Source of the DNA: Candidatus Helarchaeota ASGARD archaeon Hel_GB_B
Lineage (GTDB): Archaea; Asgardarchaeota; Lokiarchaeia; Helarchaeales; HEL-GB-B
DNA: 28,023 nt
Reading direction: 5' to 3'
NCBI GenBank assembly: GCA_005191425.1
Contig: SUPR01000044.1
Coordinates: 1 to 28,023, forward strand
Position numbers and translations under genes: made by a program. Below the pieces are notes generated by a model. It was not told the origin of the DNA and searched no databases. It saw nothing but the letters and a program-made list of their open reading frames with translations. This document shows, piece by piece, positions 8,601 to 17,832 of the stretch. Positions within the stretch are counted from its first letter, which is position 1. Each line of letters opens with the position of its first letter.

Positions 8601-10034
8601 CTACTCCTTTTTATCTAATTCGATTGGGATTATCATATTTTTCATAATGTATACAGCTTTTTTGCCAATTTTTGAAACACCTAGATTGCTAATATGCTTA
8701 AAAGTAATTCCACTAAAAAGTTTATATCTTTTTACATGATCGGAAATTAAATCAATAGGGACGCAAAATTCCCTTTTTTGTATGATATATGCTCTATCTT
8801 TTTCAATAAAAAAGTTAGGGTGTTTATTTTTAAATCTATCAAAATTTATTTTATTTTTTATTGAAGGACCACGTCTTTTGAACGACTCAGAAATTCGTCC
8901 TTTTTTAGTATAAAAAATTACTACAAAATTTAGGTCTTCAAAATATACTTCAAATAAGGTTTTAGAGAATCTTGGTACTCTGGATGTTTCTAGTTCTAAT
9001 TGTTTTTTAAGAGAATTTGCCCATTTATATAGTTTATCTCTTACTTCAGTATAATGTCTGGAACCATCGCTTTCTAATTCAATTACAACAAATTTGTCTT
9101 TCTCTTCATTACTAATTGATACAGTGGTTGGAATTTCTTTACGAATAAAAAAGTCAAGGCTTGAATTAAATTTAAATTCATTTATTTTTTTAAGAGCAAA
9201 TTTAAAAGCTCGCGCTGATATACTTGATGCAACATTTCTGTTTTTATCAATGGGATCAATTAAAATAAGATAATCATTTTTAAAACGGGCTATTTTCTTA
9301 AAATAATCTGTAGGCCTTTTATAGTAATCAATAGGCTTTTTTGGGAGGTCTTCAAATTTATTAAATAAATTATCTAAATTATTAAAATAATAAATTAAAA
9401 GTTCCGCTGAAAATCCAGTAAATCCAAATCTCCCGATTGCACTTTTATCACCATAAATATGGTTTGCTCTAAAAAACGATTTCAAAATACGAACATCATT
9501 TTTCATTTCATTAGTTAGGTTATTATTAATAAATTTGGTATGATGAGGAGTTCTGTCCACTGCCGTAATTGGCCCGAATTCCTTAATAAATTCAAGATCA
9601 ATGTTAAAACATCCGACTATATCAATTGAAAATGTGTTTAATTCTGCAGAAATATATGGATGTTCAGCATATGTCAAGTTGATATTTTTTGCATTTATTA
9701 TATTAAGGGAAGGTATTATAATATCATTGCAAAGTCCTAAAAATAACTCTTTTATTTTTTTAATTCGTTCTTTTCTACTTTTTATATTAATCAAACTATT
9801 ATAATTCTCTGGATTTAGACCAATGAATAGATCAATATCACTATCACCTTTTAGTTGGGTCTGTTTTAGACCTGTAGAGCCATGTGGCTCAATAAAACTA
9901 ATATCATAAGTATTATTGTTTATTGTTTCCCAAAGTGATTTTGTTAGAAGATCTAAGGTGGCATTCAACTTCTGTTTTTCAGATTTATTTGGTAATATCT
10001 TCTCAAGTATTTTGTTTCGGAGCTCTATTTCCAA
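8601..10034 (-). CDS. cca: CCA-adding enzyme (archaeal class I tRNA nucleotidyltransferase)
   Basis: HGS....T.LKGDSDIDLF, AEHPY, DIVGC, TAVDRTPHH, GF.GFSAELL and IDPID..RNVA. Confidence 0.95.
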   Translation of the reverse strand: MEIELRNKILEKILPNKSEKQKLNATLDLLTKSLWETINNNTYDISFIEPHGSTGLKQTQLKGDSDIDLFIGLNPENYNSLINIKSRKERIKKIKELFLGLCNDIIIPSLNIINAKNINLTYAEHPYISAELNTFSIDIVGCFNIDLEFIKEFGPITAVDRTPHHTKFINNNLTNEMKNDVRILKSFFRANHIYGDKSAIGRFGFTGFSAELLIYYFNNLDNLFNKFEDLPKKPIDYYKRPTDYFKKIARFKNDYLILIDPIDKNRNVASSISARAFKFALKKINEFKFNSSLDFFIRKEIPTTVSISNEEKDKFVVIELESDGSRHYTEVRDKLYKWANSLKKQLELETSRVPRFSKTLFEVYFEDLNFVVIFYTKKGRISESFKRRGPSIKNKINFDRFKNKHPNFFIEKDRAYIIQKREFCVPIDLISDHVKRYKLFSGITFKHISNLGVSKIGKKAVYIMKNMIIPIELDKKE

Positions 10035-10423
10035 TTATATTAGACCTTCTTTAAATAATTATTATCAAAATATTTCATTATTATTTCATTATTATTAATT
10101 TAGAATTTCTTGTTTTAATTATTAGAAAAAAATTTAGGATGCTTTCAAAATGATATATACACTATTTAAAGACTTAGATTTAATCATTAGTTTAAAAATA
10201 ATTTTTTGTAATTGCACAATTTATTAATTTTATTACTAAAATTAGATGAGTAATTGGTCATTTAGTATATTTTATTAATTTTGTATTATTCTTCATTAAC
10301 AAAATTATAAAATTATAAAATGATTTTATTGCAAATTGGCTAATGTTTAAATTTCTCCTTTTATTATTTTAACATAAATTTTATCCAGTCAAAAAATAGC
10401 ATTTCAAATTTAGGTGAAATTTT

Positions 10424-11631
10424 TTGGACAATAATGAAAAAAAAGAAAACAACAGGAATTATCTGTGCTTCGAGAACTGGAAAATATAATTAATAAAAAA
10501 AATTTTAATATAAACGAACAACGAATTTTTAACAAAATTCATATCCAATCAAAATCTTTTATTTACATAGTAAAAAAGAATATAAATAAAAATGGTTTGA
10601 AAGTTTCAGAAAATATTAAAAAATTTAATAAAATCGTTGAACTTAATTTAAATAATTGTGGTTTAGACATTCTTCCAGATTCATTTGACAATTTAATTAA
10701 TCTTAAAAATCTTAATCTAAAGGAAAATAAATTAAAAACTCTTCCAGATTCATTTAGAGGACTTAAATCACTTAAAATACTTGATTTGGAAGATAATTAT
10801 TTGGCATCCCTTCCAAGATCTTTTAGCAAATTAAAATCACTCCAAATACTTAATTTGTGTGATAATCTCTTCACGGATTTCCCTGAACCAATATTAAAAA
10901 TGGAAAATCTTCAAACATTAGATTTAAGTAATAATAAGTTAACAGCGCTTCCAGATTTTTCGGGCAATTTAATAAATTTAAAAAAATTAAATTTAGAGAA
11001 TAACCGATTAACAGTTCTTTTGAAGTCATTTTGTGAATTACAATCACTTAAAAAATTAGATTTAAGTTTAAATAAATTAAAGACTCTTCCAAAATCTTTT
11101 GACCATCTAATAAAACTTAAAAAACTTTATTTAGAAGCTAATGAACTAATAAATCTTTCAGAGATCTTATGTAATTAACTTAACCTTAAAGAACTTGACT
11201 TAGAAGCAAATCATCTATTAACTCTACCAGATTCTATTGGTAATCTAATTAATCTCAAGAAACTTAATTTAAGAGAGAATCAACTAGTATCACTTCCAGA
11301 ATCTTTTGGTAATTTAATTAAACTCGAAAATCTCGATTTAAAGGGAAATAAATTAACAGTCCTTCCAAAATCTATTGGACAACTAATTAACCTAAAAATA
11401 CTTAATTTAGAAGCAAACCAACTATCAACTTTACCGGATTCATTTAGGAATTTAAAGTTAATACAAGAAATTAATTTAATTGATAACCAATTAAAAGCGC
11501 TCCCAAAATTCTTATTTAATTTGCCAAAATTAAAAAATTTATTTTTGAATGGAAATCCATTGAATGACAAATCTATTGTGATTTTAAAGGAATTAAAGAA
11601 TAAAGGAGTTAATATAGATACGATATCTTAA
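10424..11631 (+). pseudogene. Disrupted leucine-rich-repeat protein gene (about 14 x 23-aa LRRs)
   Basis: ORF 10465-11178 stops at TAA 11176-11178, but the same frame stays open for 150 more codons of in-register LRRs to TAA 11629-11631. A probable upstream start (SD AGGTGA 10412-10417, TTG 10424) is out of frame across an A8 run at 10437-10444. Confidence 0.8.
10633..11562 (+). repeat. Coding tandem repeat, 69-nt / 23-aa LRR units (LxxLxLxxNxLxxLPxxFxxLxx)
   Basis: Counted 13 full units plus a capping unit by hand. The period is unbroken across the internal stop. Confidence 0.9.
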
Positions 11632-11948
11632 TAATCTAATCTTTTTTTAATACATAACTTGGGATATCAAGTAAATGACTAATTTTATCGAACTTTTTAA
11701 ATATTTGTAATTTATTAGTTATCGCTGATTCTCAATAAGTTCAATTCAAATAAAAGTTAACTGAAAAATTTTGAGATTAACTCTAACATAATTTTATAGA
11801 TTCATTATAAATTATAATATTATTTCATATTTTATAAAAAAGAAACTTCGACAACTTTTTATGAGACAATTACTTATAAACTAAAAATAACTTTTAAAAA
11901 GAATAAAGTATATTTATTAATTAGATAAATAAAATAGAGGTTAGAAAT

Positions 11949-12158
11949 ATGCAAAAAGAAATTAATACAGAAGTAATAAATGTCCCAAGGGAAGTAATTG
12001 TAGAAAAAAAGATGACAGTGGACGATTTACTCAAGAAATTGGGCATTGCAAAAAATAAATACTTTGCTGTACTTGTTAATGGAAAAAAAGTTGACACTAA
12101 TGAAGAAATTGATGAAAATGACAAAATAATTATATTACCACTCATTGCTGGTGGTTAA
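11949..12158 (+). CDS. ThiS/MoaD/SAMP-type ubiquitin-like small protein
   Basis: 69 aa beta-grasp pattern TV.DLL..L, AVLVNG and D.I.ILP.IAGG, ending in a di-glycine. Confidence 0.9.
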   Translation: MQKEINTEVINVPREVIVEKKMTVDDLLKKLGIAKNKYFAVLVNGKKVDTNEEIDENDKIIILPLIAGG

Positions 12159-12183
12159 AAGAGGCAATTTAATCTTCGGAACC

Positions 12184-12220
12184 TTTTTTTCTCAATTATT
12201 GTCTCTCTTTTCTTTATTTA
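12184..12220 (+). terminator. Pyrimidine/T-rich tract, probable archaeal terminator of the ubiquitin-like gene
   Basis: T7 run plus a TC-rich stretch about 25 nt after the stop. Positional inference only. Confidence 0.35.
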
Positions 12221-12259
12221 TTTAAAAATTATTCGAATTTTTGGTTTTTATTAAGTTTT

Positions 12260-12574
12260 TCAATTTAAATTAAATGATAAATTGTGTTTTGAGTAGAATT
12301 GGTCGATTTTTTTAAAATGAATTAATATTTCTCTTAGGACATTATTATAATCAAATAATCCTTCCTGAGCCAAATTAATAATACCAATAATATATCCAAT
12401 CTCTTTTACAATATCATGAAAAATACTAACATTATTAGTTTTATTAAATATTATGTTAAAATCGTCATTTATTTTGTTTTTTACAATTTCAGCATGTTTT
12501 TTTATTTCTTTCAATTCAAGATTTTCTTTTTCTAATTTATCGATTAATTCTTTAAGGGTAGTAATAGAGGTCAT
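12260..12574 (-). CDS. Hypothetical helical protein (104 aa)
   Basis: ATG start, N-terminal coiled-coil-like segment, fills the gap and is divergent from the GTPase gene. No family recognised. Confidence 0.65.
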   Translation of the reverse strand: MTSITTLKELIDKLEKENLELKEIKKHAEIVKNKINDDFNIIFNKTNNVSIFHDIVKEIGYIIGIINLAQEGLFDYNNVLREILIHFKKIDQFYSKHNLSFNLN

Positions 12575-12686
12575 TAAATTCTCAACAAATTTTATATAAA
12601 TAAAATATTGAATAAATTTGAATATAATGATAATAATAACTATTTAAAATGTTTGAAACCATTAATTTAATTTGAGTTGACTAAGA

Positions 12687-13637
12687 TTGGAAGATAATTT
12701 TGATGAAGTTAATAAAAATGCTAAAAAAGTTTTGAAAATCGTATTTACCGGACTAGACAATGCTGGTAAAACATCTATTTTAAATATATTACAAAAGCAA
12801 TATTCTAAATTGGGCTCTTCCTTAAAACCTACGACAGGTATTAATCGCAATACAATAAATTTCTTGGGATATAATATAGTTAATTGGGATTTAGGTGGAC
12901 AAGAAAAATATAGAAATGAATACCTAGATGAAGAATCTCGAGTATTTGAAGATACAGACTTGCTTTTTTATATAGTAGATATTACATCCAGGGAAAGGTT
13001 TTATGAATCGCTTGAATATTTTAAGAATATATTGTGGACTGCTTTTGAGTCAACAGAATTAACCACTTATCCAAATATTATAATCTGTCTCCATAAAGTG
13101 GATCCAGATATTAAAGATGATGAGTTAATTGCAGAAAATATTGAACTGGCAAAAGGTTTATTCGAAGAAAATTCGAAAAATTATAAAGTTAAATTTTTTC
13201 TAACAAGTATTTATGACGAATGGTCAATTTTTAAAGCATTTTCTTATGGTATGCAGCAGTTATCGTCAAAATTAGAAATATTAGAAAATATTTTGAAGAC
13301 CTTTGCTGAAAATACTTTTAGTGACGCTATTCTTTTATTAGATGGAAGTGCACTACCAATTGGAGAATATTATAAAGAAAAATTAGCAAGTGATATTATT
13401 AATATTTTAGCTCCTAATTTTGCGCCTTTATATGAGAGACTTGCTAAATTAAATATAAATATTGATAATATTTGGACGGAGTTTGGTGGTAAATATTCAT
13501 TATTTACTAGAATTGAAGTAAATAAACAACCATATTTTATAATTATAGTGACATTAAAAGAAAATGTTTATGAAATTTTAAGTAAATTGCCGAAATTTTC
13601 TAATGCATTAGGAAATATCCTTAAAACATTCTTTTAA
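12687..13637 (+). CDS. Small GTPase (Arf/Rag-like) fused to a C-terminal roadblock/longin-like domain
   Basis: G1 GLDNAGKT, G2 PTTG, G3 WDLGGQ, G4 HKVD, G5 TSIYD. The C-terminal ~125 aa have the helix-ILLLD...helix-strands layout of roadblock/longin domains. TTG start. Confidence 0.88.
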   Translation: MEDNFDEVNKNAKKVLKIVFTGLDNAGKTSILNILQKQYSKLGSSLKPTTGINRNTINFLGYNIVNWDLGGQEKYRNEYLDEESRVFEDTDLLFYIVDITSRERFYESLEYFKNILWTAFESTELTTYPNIIICLHKVDPDIKDDELIAENIELAKGLFEENSKNYKVKFFLTSIYDEWSIFKAFSYGMQQLSSKLEILENILKTFAENTFSDAILLLDGSALPIGEYYKEKLASDIINILAPNFAPLYERLAKLNINIDNIWTEFGGKYSLFTRIEVNKQPYFIIIVTLKENVYEILSKLPKFSNALGNILKTFF

Positions 13638-13664
13638 CACGGGTCTAAAATATTATTATTTAAT

Positions 13665-16232
13665 TTACACAGATAATTTATCTAATTTAAATGAAATAAA
13701 GCGGGAAATATAAATTTTTTTCTCCGTTTCTTGGATTTTTAGATAGTTTAGTAAATATTCTACCTCATTTTCTGTCAAATCATATATTTTAAAGAAAATT
13801 ATATCCAAAATTGCTGTATACTTTTTTAAATCCATATTAGATGGCGAATTAACTGAATTATTCTTAATTTCAATTATTTTACTTACAATTTTATTAATTA
13901 TATTTACATATTCTTTTGAAAAATAAATTGGAAATTTTAACAAAACTTCTTTATCAATTTGTAATAAATTACCATGTGTTTTTGAATTTTTGAAATAAAA
14001 AAATGCCAATTTTGAATTAAAAAGACCTAAAAGATATAATGAATAGATTTTACTTCTTAATAAAATAAAGTTCACCCCTTGATCCATAAAATAAGAAATG
14101 GGTACTAATGAAAATTTCGGATAAGGGGTTTTTCTGACAGAAATTATTTTATTTTTTGACTCAAAAATCTCCATTTTTCTAGGCCTGTGGAGGCCATATG
14201 GTTTTTTATCAGAAGTAATAATTGCTTGGAATTGGTCAAGGTGCTTGATTAAATTCGGATAATTTAATTGTATTTCATTTTTTATTTTTAAAATAGCATT
14301 TTTGTTTTTAATTAAATTAATATCATTTTTATCATAATCGAAATAATGTTTTGATACATAAATTATCCACTTGTCATTTTTCTTTTTATAATAAAATGGT
14401 CCAATATCATGAGGTTCGTAGAATGGTTTTATAAATTTTAATTCTTTTTCAGTTAAATTTAATTTTTTTAATTCTTTATTGGAAATTACTTGAATTCCAT
14501 CACCGATATTAAATTTATAATTTAAATTATTATTTAAAGTTTTTAGATGCGATTTTTTAACATTTTTCTGTGGTATAACTAATCCTTGTATTATCTGGTT
14601 AGTAGGTATATTAAAATTCTTTTTTTCTTCCATTTTTTGTAGGATATTTAGTGTAATTTTATCTATAAATTGTATGTTATCTAAATTTGAGATTTTAAGT
14701 AGTTTAGTTTCACATTCAATTCCTTTGATATTTTTGCCGCTCATTAATACTTTTGATATATCATTAATTGAAACATTGGGGTTTAGTATGGAAATAATTT
14801 TAATGAAATAATTAGAGTTATTAAATAGATTTTGATATTTTTGAAGTATTAAAATAGAGTTATGCTGACCAGATGCATCACTAAATATTTTGTATTCGTT
14901 GAATTCTACTACCTTATGTATAATTGAGCTATGAAGTATTTTTTTTCTTAGTTTATTTCCAAATGTTCTATTTTTCCAGTAATCCATTACAATAAAGCCT
15001 AAATACCCTTTATTTTTAAGAATATCAAGACTTCGTTCTATAAAAAAATAAAAAATGTCCATCTTTTGTTCATAATAGTCCTTGACTACTGGTGAAAGTT
15101 TATAAAGTCTAAATTTTTCTTTATTACCTCTAATTTCTGTAAAATATGGGGGATTTCCTATTATAATATCGAAACCCTTATTTTTTTTATAATTAAGGTC
15201 GTTGCTTACTTGAAAATAATTATAAAAAAATTCAATACATGAAATTACAGGTTTATTTTTAATTAAAATATTGTAATTTAGATTGTTACTTAAAATATAA
15301 TTTTGAGATTTAGTTAATACTTTATTTTTTATCTTTTTTTTCATTCGTTGTAATTTTAATATTAAATTTTTATCTATATTTTCATTGTAATTATAAATTA
15401 TGGTTTGATATAATGAAAACAATTCTTTAAGTTCGTCAGAAAGATTTTCTATTATAAATTTAGAAATCTTAAAATCAATTAGAAAATCAGCATTTATTAA
15501 ATTCAAATCCAAGATTGGTAGTAATATGTTTATAAAATTGGTAATATCAGATAAATTCAATTTATTTTTAACAAACTTCAAAATTTTATATGATAAATTC
15601 AATTTTGTAAGAATTATTGCATTTGGATCTAAATCTATTCCATGGATATGTCTCATTATAATAAGATAAATCAAATTTTGGTCATTATTTAAGCCTAATT
15701 GCCTTTTATACTCGAAAATTTTTTGATTTAATGTTTTTAACGTAATGGCGTCCATCAAATTATTGTTATCATTTATTTTTTCAAATAATTTTTCAATTTT
15801 CTTATATTTATTCCATATCATATTAAAAGCTGATATTAAAAATGTCCCTGAACCACATGCGGGGTCTAAAATTTTAATATTTACAATTTTTTCAATTGTC
15901 TTATCACAATTTTTAAAATCATTATGATTAAATTCTTTTATAAGTATAGATATTAATTTATCAAATAGAATTCCAATGGTATTTTTAATAATATATTCAA
16001 TAATATATTTAGGAGTATAATAAATTCCCGAGTTTTTTCTTATATTTTCTGAATTTAAATAAAATTCATATAATTTTCCCAATATATCCTCATTTTTGCC
16101 AAAAATATTCTGGAATCTTTTATAAATTTCATCGACCTTTTTTAAATCCTTATCTAAGTCGATTGTAGGTAAAGAAATAAAAAAACGGTTAATAGCTTCA
16201 ATATCTTCCACTGATTTTATAGACAACTTCAT
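13665..16232 (-). CDS. N6-adenine DNA methyltransferase (Eco57I/TaqI-like, gamma class) with C-terminal target-recognition region
   Basis: GIYYTP, ILDPACGSGTFL (motif I), GIDLDPNA, FDIIIGNPPY (motif IV) and TaqI-C-like YLLGLFNSKL. No nuclease domain recognised. Confidence 0.9.
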   Translation of the reverse strand: MKLSIKSVEDIEAINRFFISLPTIDLDKDLKKVDEIYKRFQNIFGKNEDILGKLYEFYLNSENIRKNSGIYYTPKYIIEYIIKNTIGILFDKLISILIKEFNHNDFKNCDKTIEKIVNIKILDPACGSGTFLISAFNMIWNKYKKIEKLFEKINDNNNLMDAITLKTLNQKIFEYKRQLGLNNDQNLIYLIIMRHIHGIDLDPNAIILTKLNLSYKILKFVKNKLNLSDITNFINILLPILDLNLINADFLIDFKISKFIIENLSDELKELFSLYQTIIYNYNENIDKNLILKLQRMKKKIKNKVLTKSQNYILSNNLNYNILIKNKPVISCIEFFYNYFQVSNDLNYKKNKGFDIIIGNPPYFTEIRGNKEKFRLYKLSPVVKDYYEQKMDIFYFFIERSLDILKNKGYLGFIVMDYWKNRTFGNKLRKKILHSSIIHKVVEFNEYKIFSDASGQHNSILILQKYQNLFNNSNYFIKIISILNPNVSINDISKVLMSGKNIKGIECETKLLKISNLDNIQFIDKITLNILQKMEEKKNFNIPTNQIIQGLVIPQKNVKKSHLKTLNNNLNYKFNIGDGIQVISNKELKKLNLTEKELKFIKPFYEPHDIGPFYYKKKNDKWIIYVSKHYFDYDKNDINLIKNKNAILKIKNEIQLNYPNLIKHLDQFQAIITSDKKPYGLHRPRKMEIFESKNKIISVRKTPYPKFSLVPISYFMDQGVNFILLRSKIYSLYLLGLFNSKLAFFYFKNSKTHGNLLQIDKEVLLKFPIYFSKEYVNIINKIVSKIIEIKNNSVNSPSNMDLKKYTAILDIIFFKIYDLTENEVEYLLNYLKIQETEKKIYISRFISFKLDKLSV

Positions 16233-16390
16233 TTTGTTATTAAGTACTAATACTTTTTAATAATTCACTTATATTATTTACTAATTTTGTTAAACTAAAA
16301 AATTATGGAAAGAGATTTTTAGCAATTGCACGTAATTATATTTTAATAATTTTTCGATTTAGAAAATATTAGACTTGAGCTTGGATAATT

Positions 16391-16432
16391 CAGTCAGTAC
16401 ATTACAACGATTAATTTGAAAAGTACTGGCTG
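16391..16432 (+). promoter_or_regulatory. GC-enriched inverted repeat / leader hairpin upstream of mvhG
   Basis: CAGTCAGTAC (16391-16400) pairs with GTACTGGCTG (16423-16432): 10 bp with one T:G wobble, 22-nt inner segment, ending 34 nt before the ATG. Confidence 0.45.
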
Positions 16433-16466
16433 CATTTAAAAAGACAAAAATAAAAGTGATGTAAAC

Positions 16467-17828
16467 ATGCCACCAAAAGTATGTTTTATGCAGTTAAGTA
16501 GTTGCTGGGGCTGCTATCAGTCTCTATTTGATGACTACGGAACTGATCTAGTAAATATATTAACGAATATAGAAATAGTTTATTTTCCTGCGGTAGTAGA
16601 TATAAAACACAAAGATTTTGAAGCATTACCGGATGGTTCTGTTGATGTTGGTTTTATTGAAGGAAATATAAGGACTACAGAAGATCTTCATAATGCGAAG
16701 TTAGTCAGGCAAAAGTGTAAGGTAGTTGTTGCAATGGGAAGTTGTGCTTGTTTTGGAGGAGTTCCCAGCCTTGCAAATTTATACACTAAAGAGGAATTAA
16801 TTGAGCGAAAATATACAACTGCAGATACAATTGTAGAAACAAAAGGATACCCAACCGAAAATGTTCCAGATATTTTAGAGAGCATCCCAGCAGTTCATGA
16901 AGTTATTGATGTAGATATATGGATACCTGGATGCCCTCCAATAACAGATCATCTCGTTGCAGCTTTTAAGTACATTCTTGCTTTACCATCTACGACCCCA
17001 TCAGATAAAAATATTTGTGATATTTGTGAATTGAGAGGCGATAAATGTCTATTAAATAGAGGAATATTATGTTTTGGTGCTTTATCAAGTGCAACATGCG
17101 AATTAAAATGCCCAAATAAGGGCGAAGTATGTTATGGTTGTACAGGCGCTACTAAAAATATTGCAAAAGCTGAAGCTAAGAAATTAATAGATTTAGTTTC
17201 TACTAAAGAACTGACTGAAACGGAAGTAGGGGATATTCTTAAATTTATCACATTATATGCAAAGATCCCAAATCTTGGTTATATGTATGTTAAAGGTGAT
17301 CCACTCCAAGCTTTAGGGCATAAAAGAGCAGATTATACAATTAAAACTGTTGAAGGTACCGGCATTAAGGCATTTGATTTGAGTGGATTCCCAGAGGAAA
17401 TTGGAATTTTGTTATATGCTGTAAGTAAAAGCAAACATTTCCATTATACAGAGCAAACAGTCTGTGCAACATGTCCTAGAAATAAAGAAGATAAATCGTT
17501 GAAGGGGCTAAAAAGAGATTATGAAGGTGGGGTAAAAGACCAAGAAAGATGCCTTTTAGAACAAGGATATTTATGTATGGGAATTGTGACTAAAGGCGGA
17601 TGCGGGGCTTTATGCATTAAAGCAAATTGTCCATGTCTTGGTTGTTATGGGCCCTCTCCTAATATCGTAGATGCGGGGGGTAAATTTACCACATCAATTG
17701 CATCAATAAGTACTGCTCTAGGAGTGCCTGATATAATTGAAAAGATTCCTGATCCTGCAGGTCAATTTTATAGATTTATGACCTCAGTATCACCATTTAA
17801 AAAGAAACAAAATGATTCTGGGATGTGA
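16467..17828 (+). CDS. mvhG: Group 3c-type [NiFe]-hydrogenase small subunit (MvhG/VhuG-like) with duplicated Fe-S module
   Basis: SCWGC, GSCA.FGG.P.LANL and IPGCPP, followed by two 8-Cys modules and KIPDPAGQFYRF. Confidence 0.88.
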   Translation: MPPKVCFMQLSSCWGCYQSLFDDYGTDLVNILTNIEIVYFPAVVDIKHKDFEALPDGSVDVGFIEGNIRTTEDLHNAKLVRQKCKVVVAMGSCACFGGVPSLANLYTKEELIERKYTTADTIVETKGYPTENVPDILESIPAVHEVIDVDIWIPGCPPITDHLVAAFKYILALPSTTPSDKNICDICELRGDKCLLNRGILCFGALSSATCELKCPNKGEVCYGCTGATKNIAKAEAKKLIDLVSTKELTETEVGDILKFITLYAKIPNLGYMYVKGDPLQALGHKRADYTIKTVEGTGIKAFDLSGFPEEIGILLYAVSKSKHFHYTEQTVCATCPRNKEDKSLKGLKRDYEGGVKDQERCLLEQGYLCMGIVTKGGCGALCIKANCPCLGCYGPSPNIVDAGGKFTTSIASISTALGVPDIIEKIPDPAGQFYRFMTSVSPFKKKQNDSGM

Positions 17829-17832
17829 TTAA

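Noticed and set aside
10633-11562. Periodic 69-nt repeats as a CRISPR array or non-coding tandem repeat
   Set aside because: The units are degenerate, a multiple of 3 in length and encode LRRs. There is no constant repeat/spacer structure and no cas gene.
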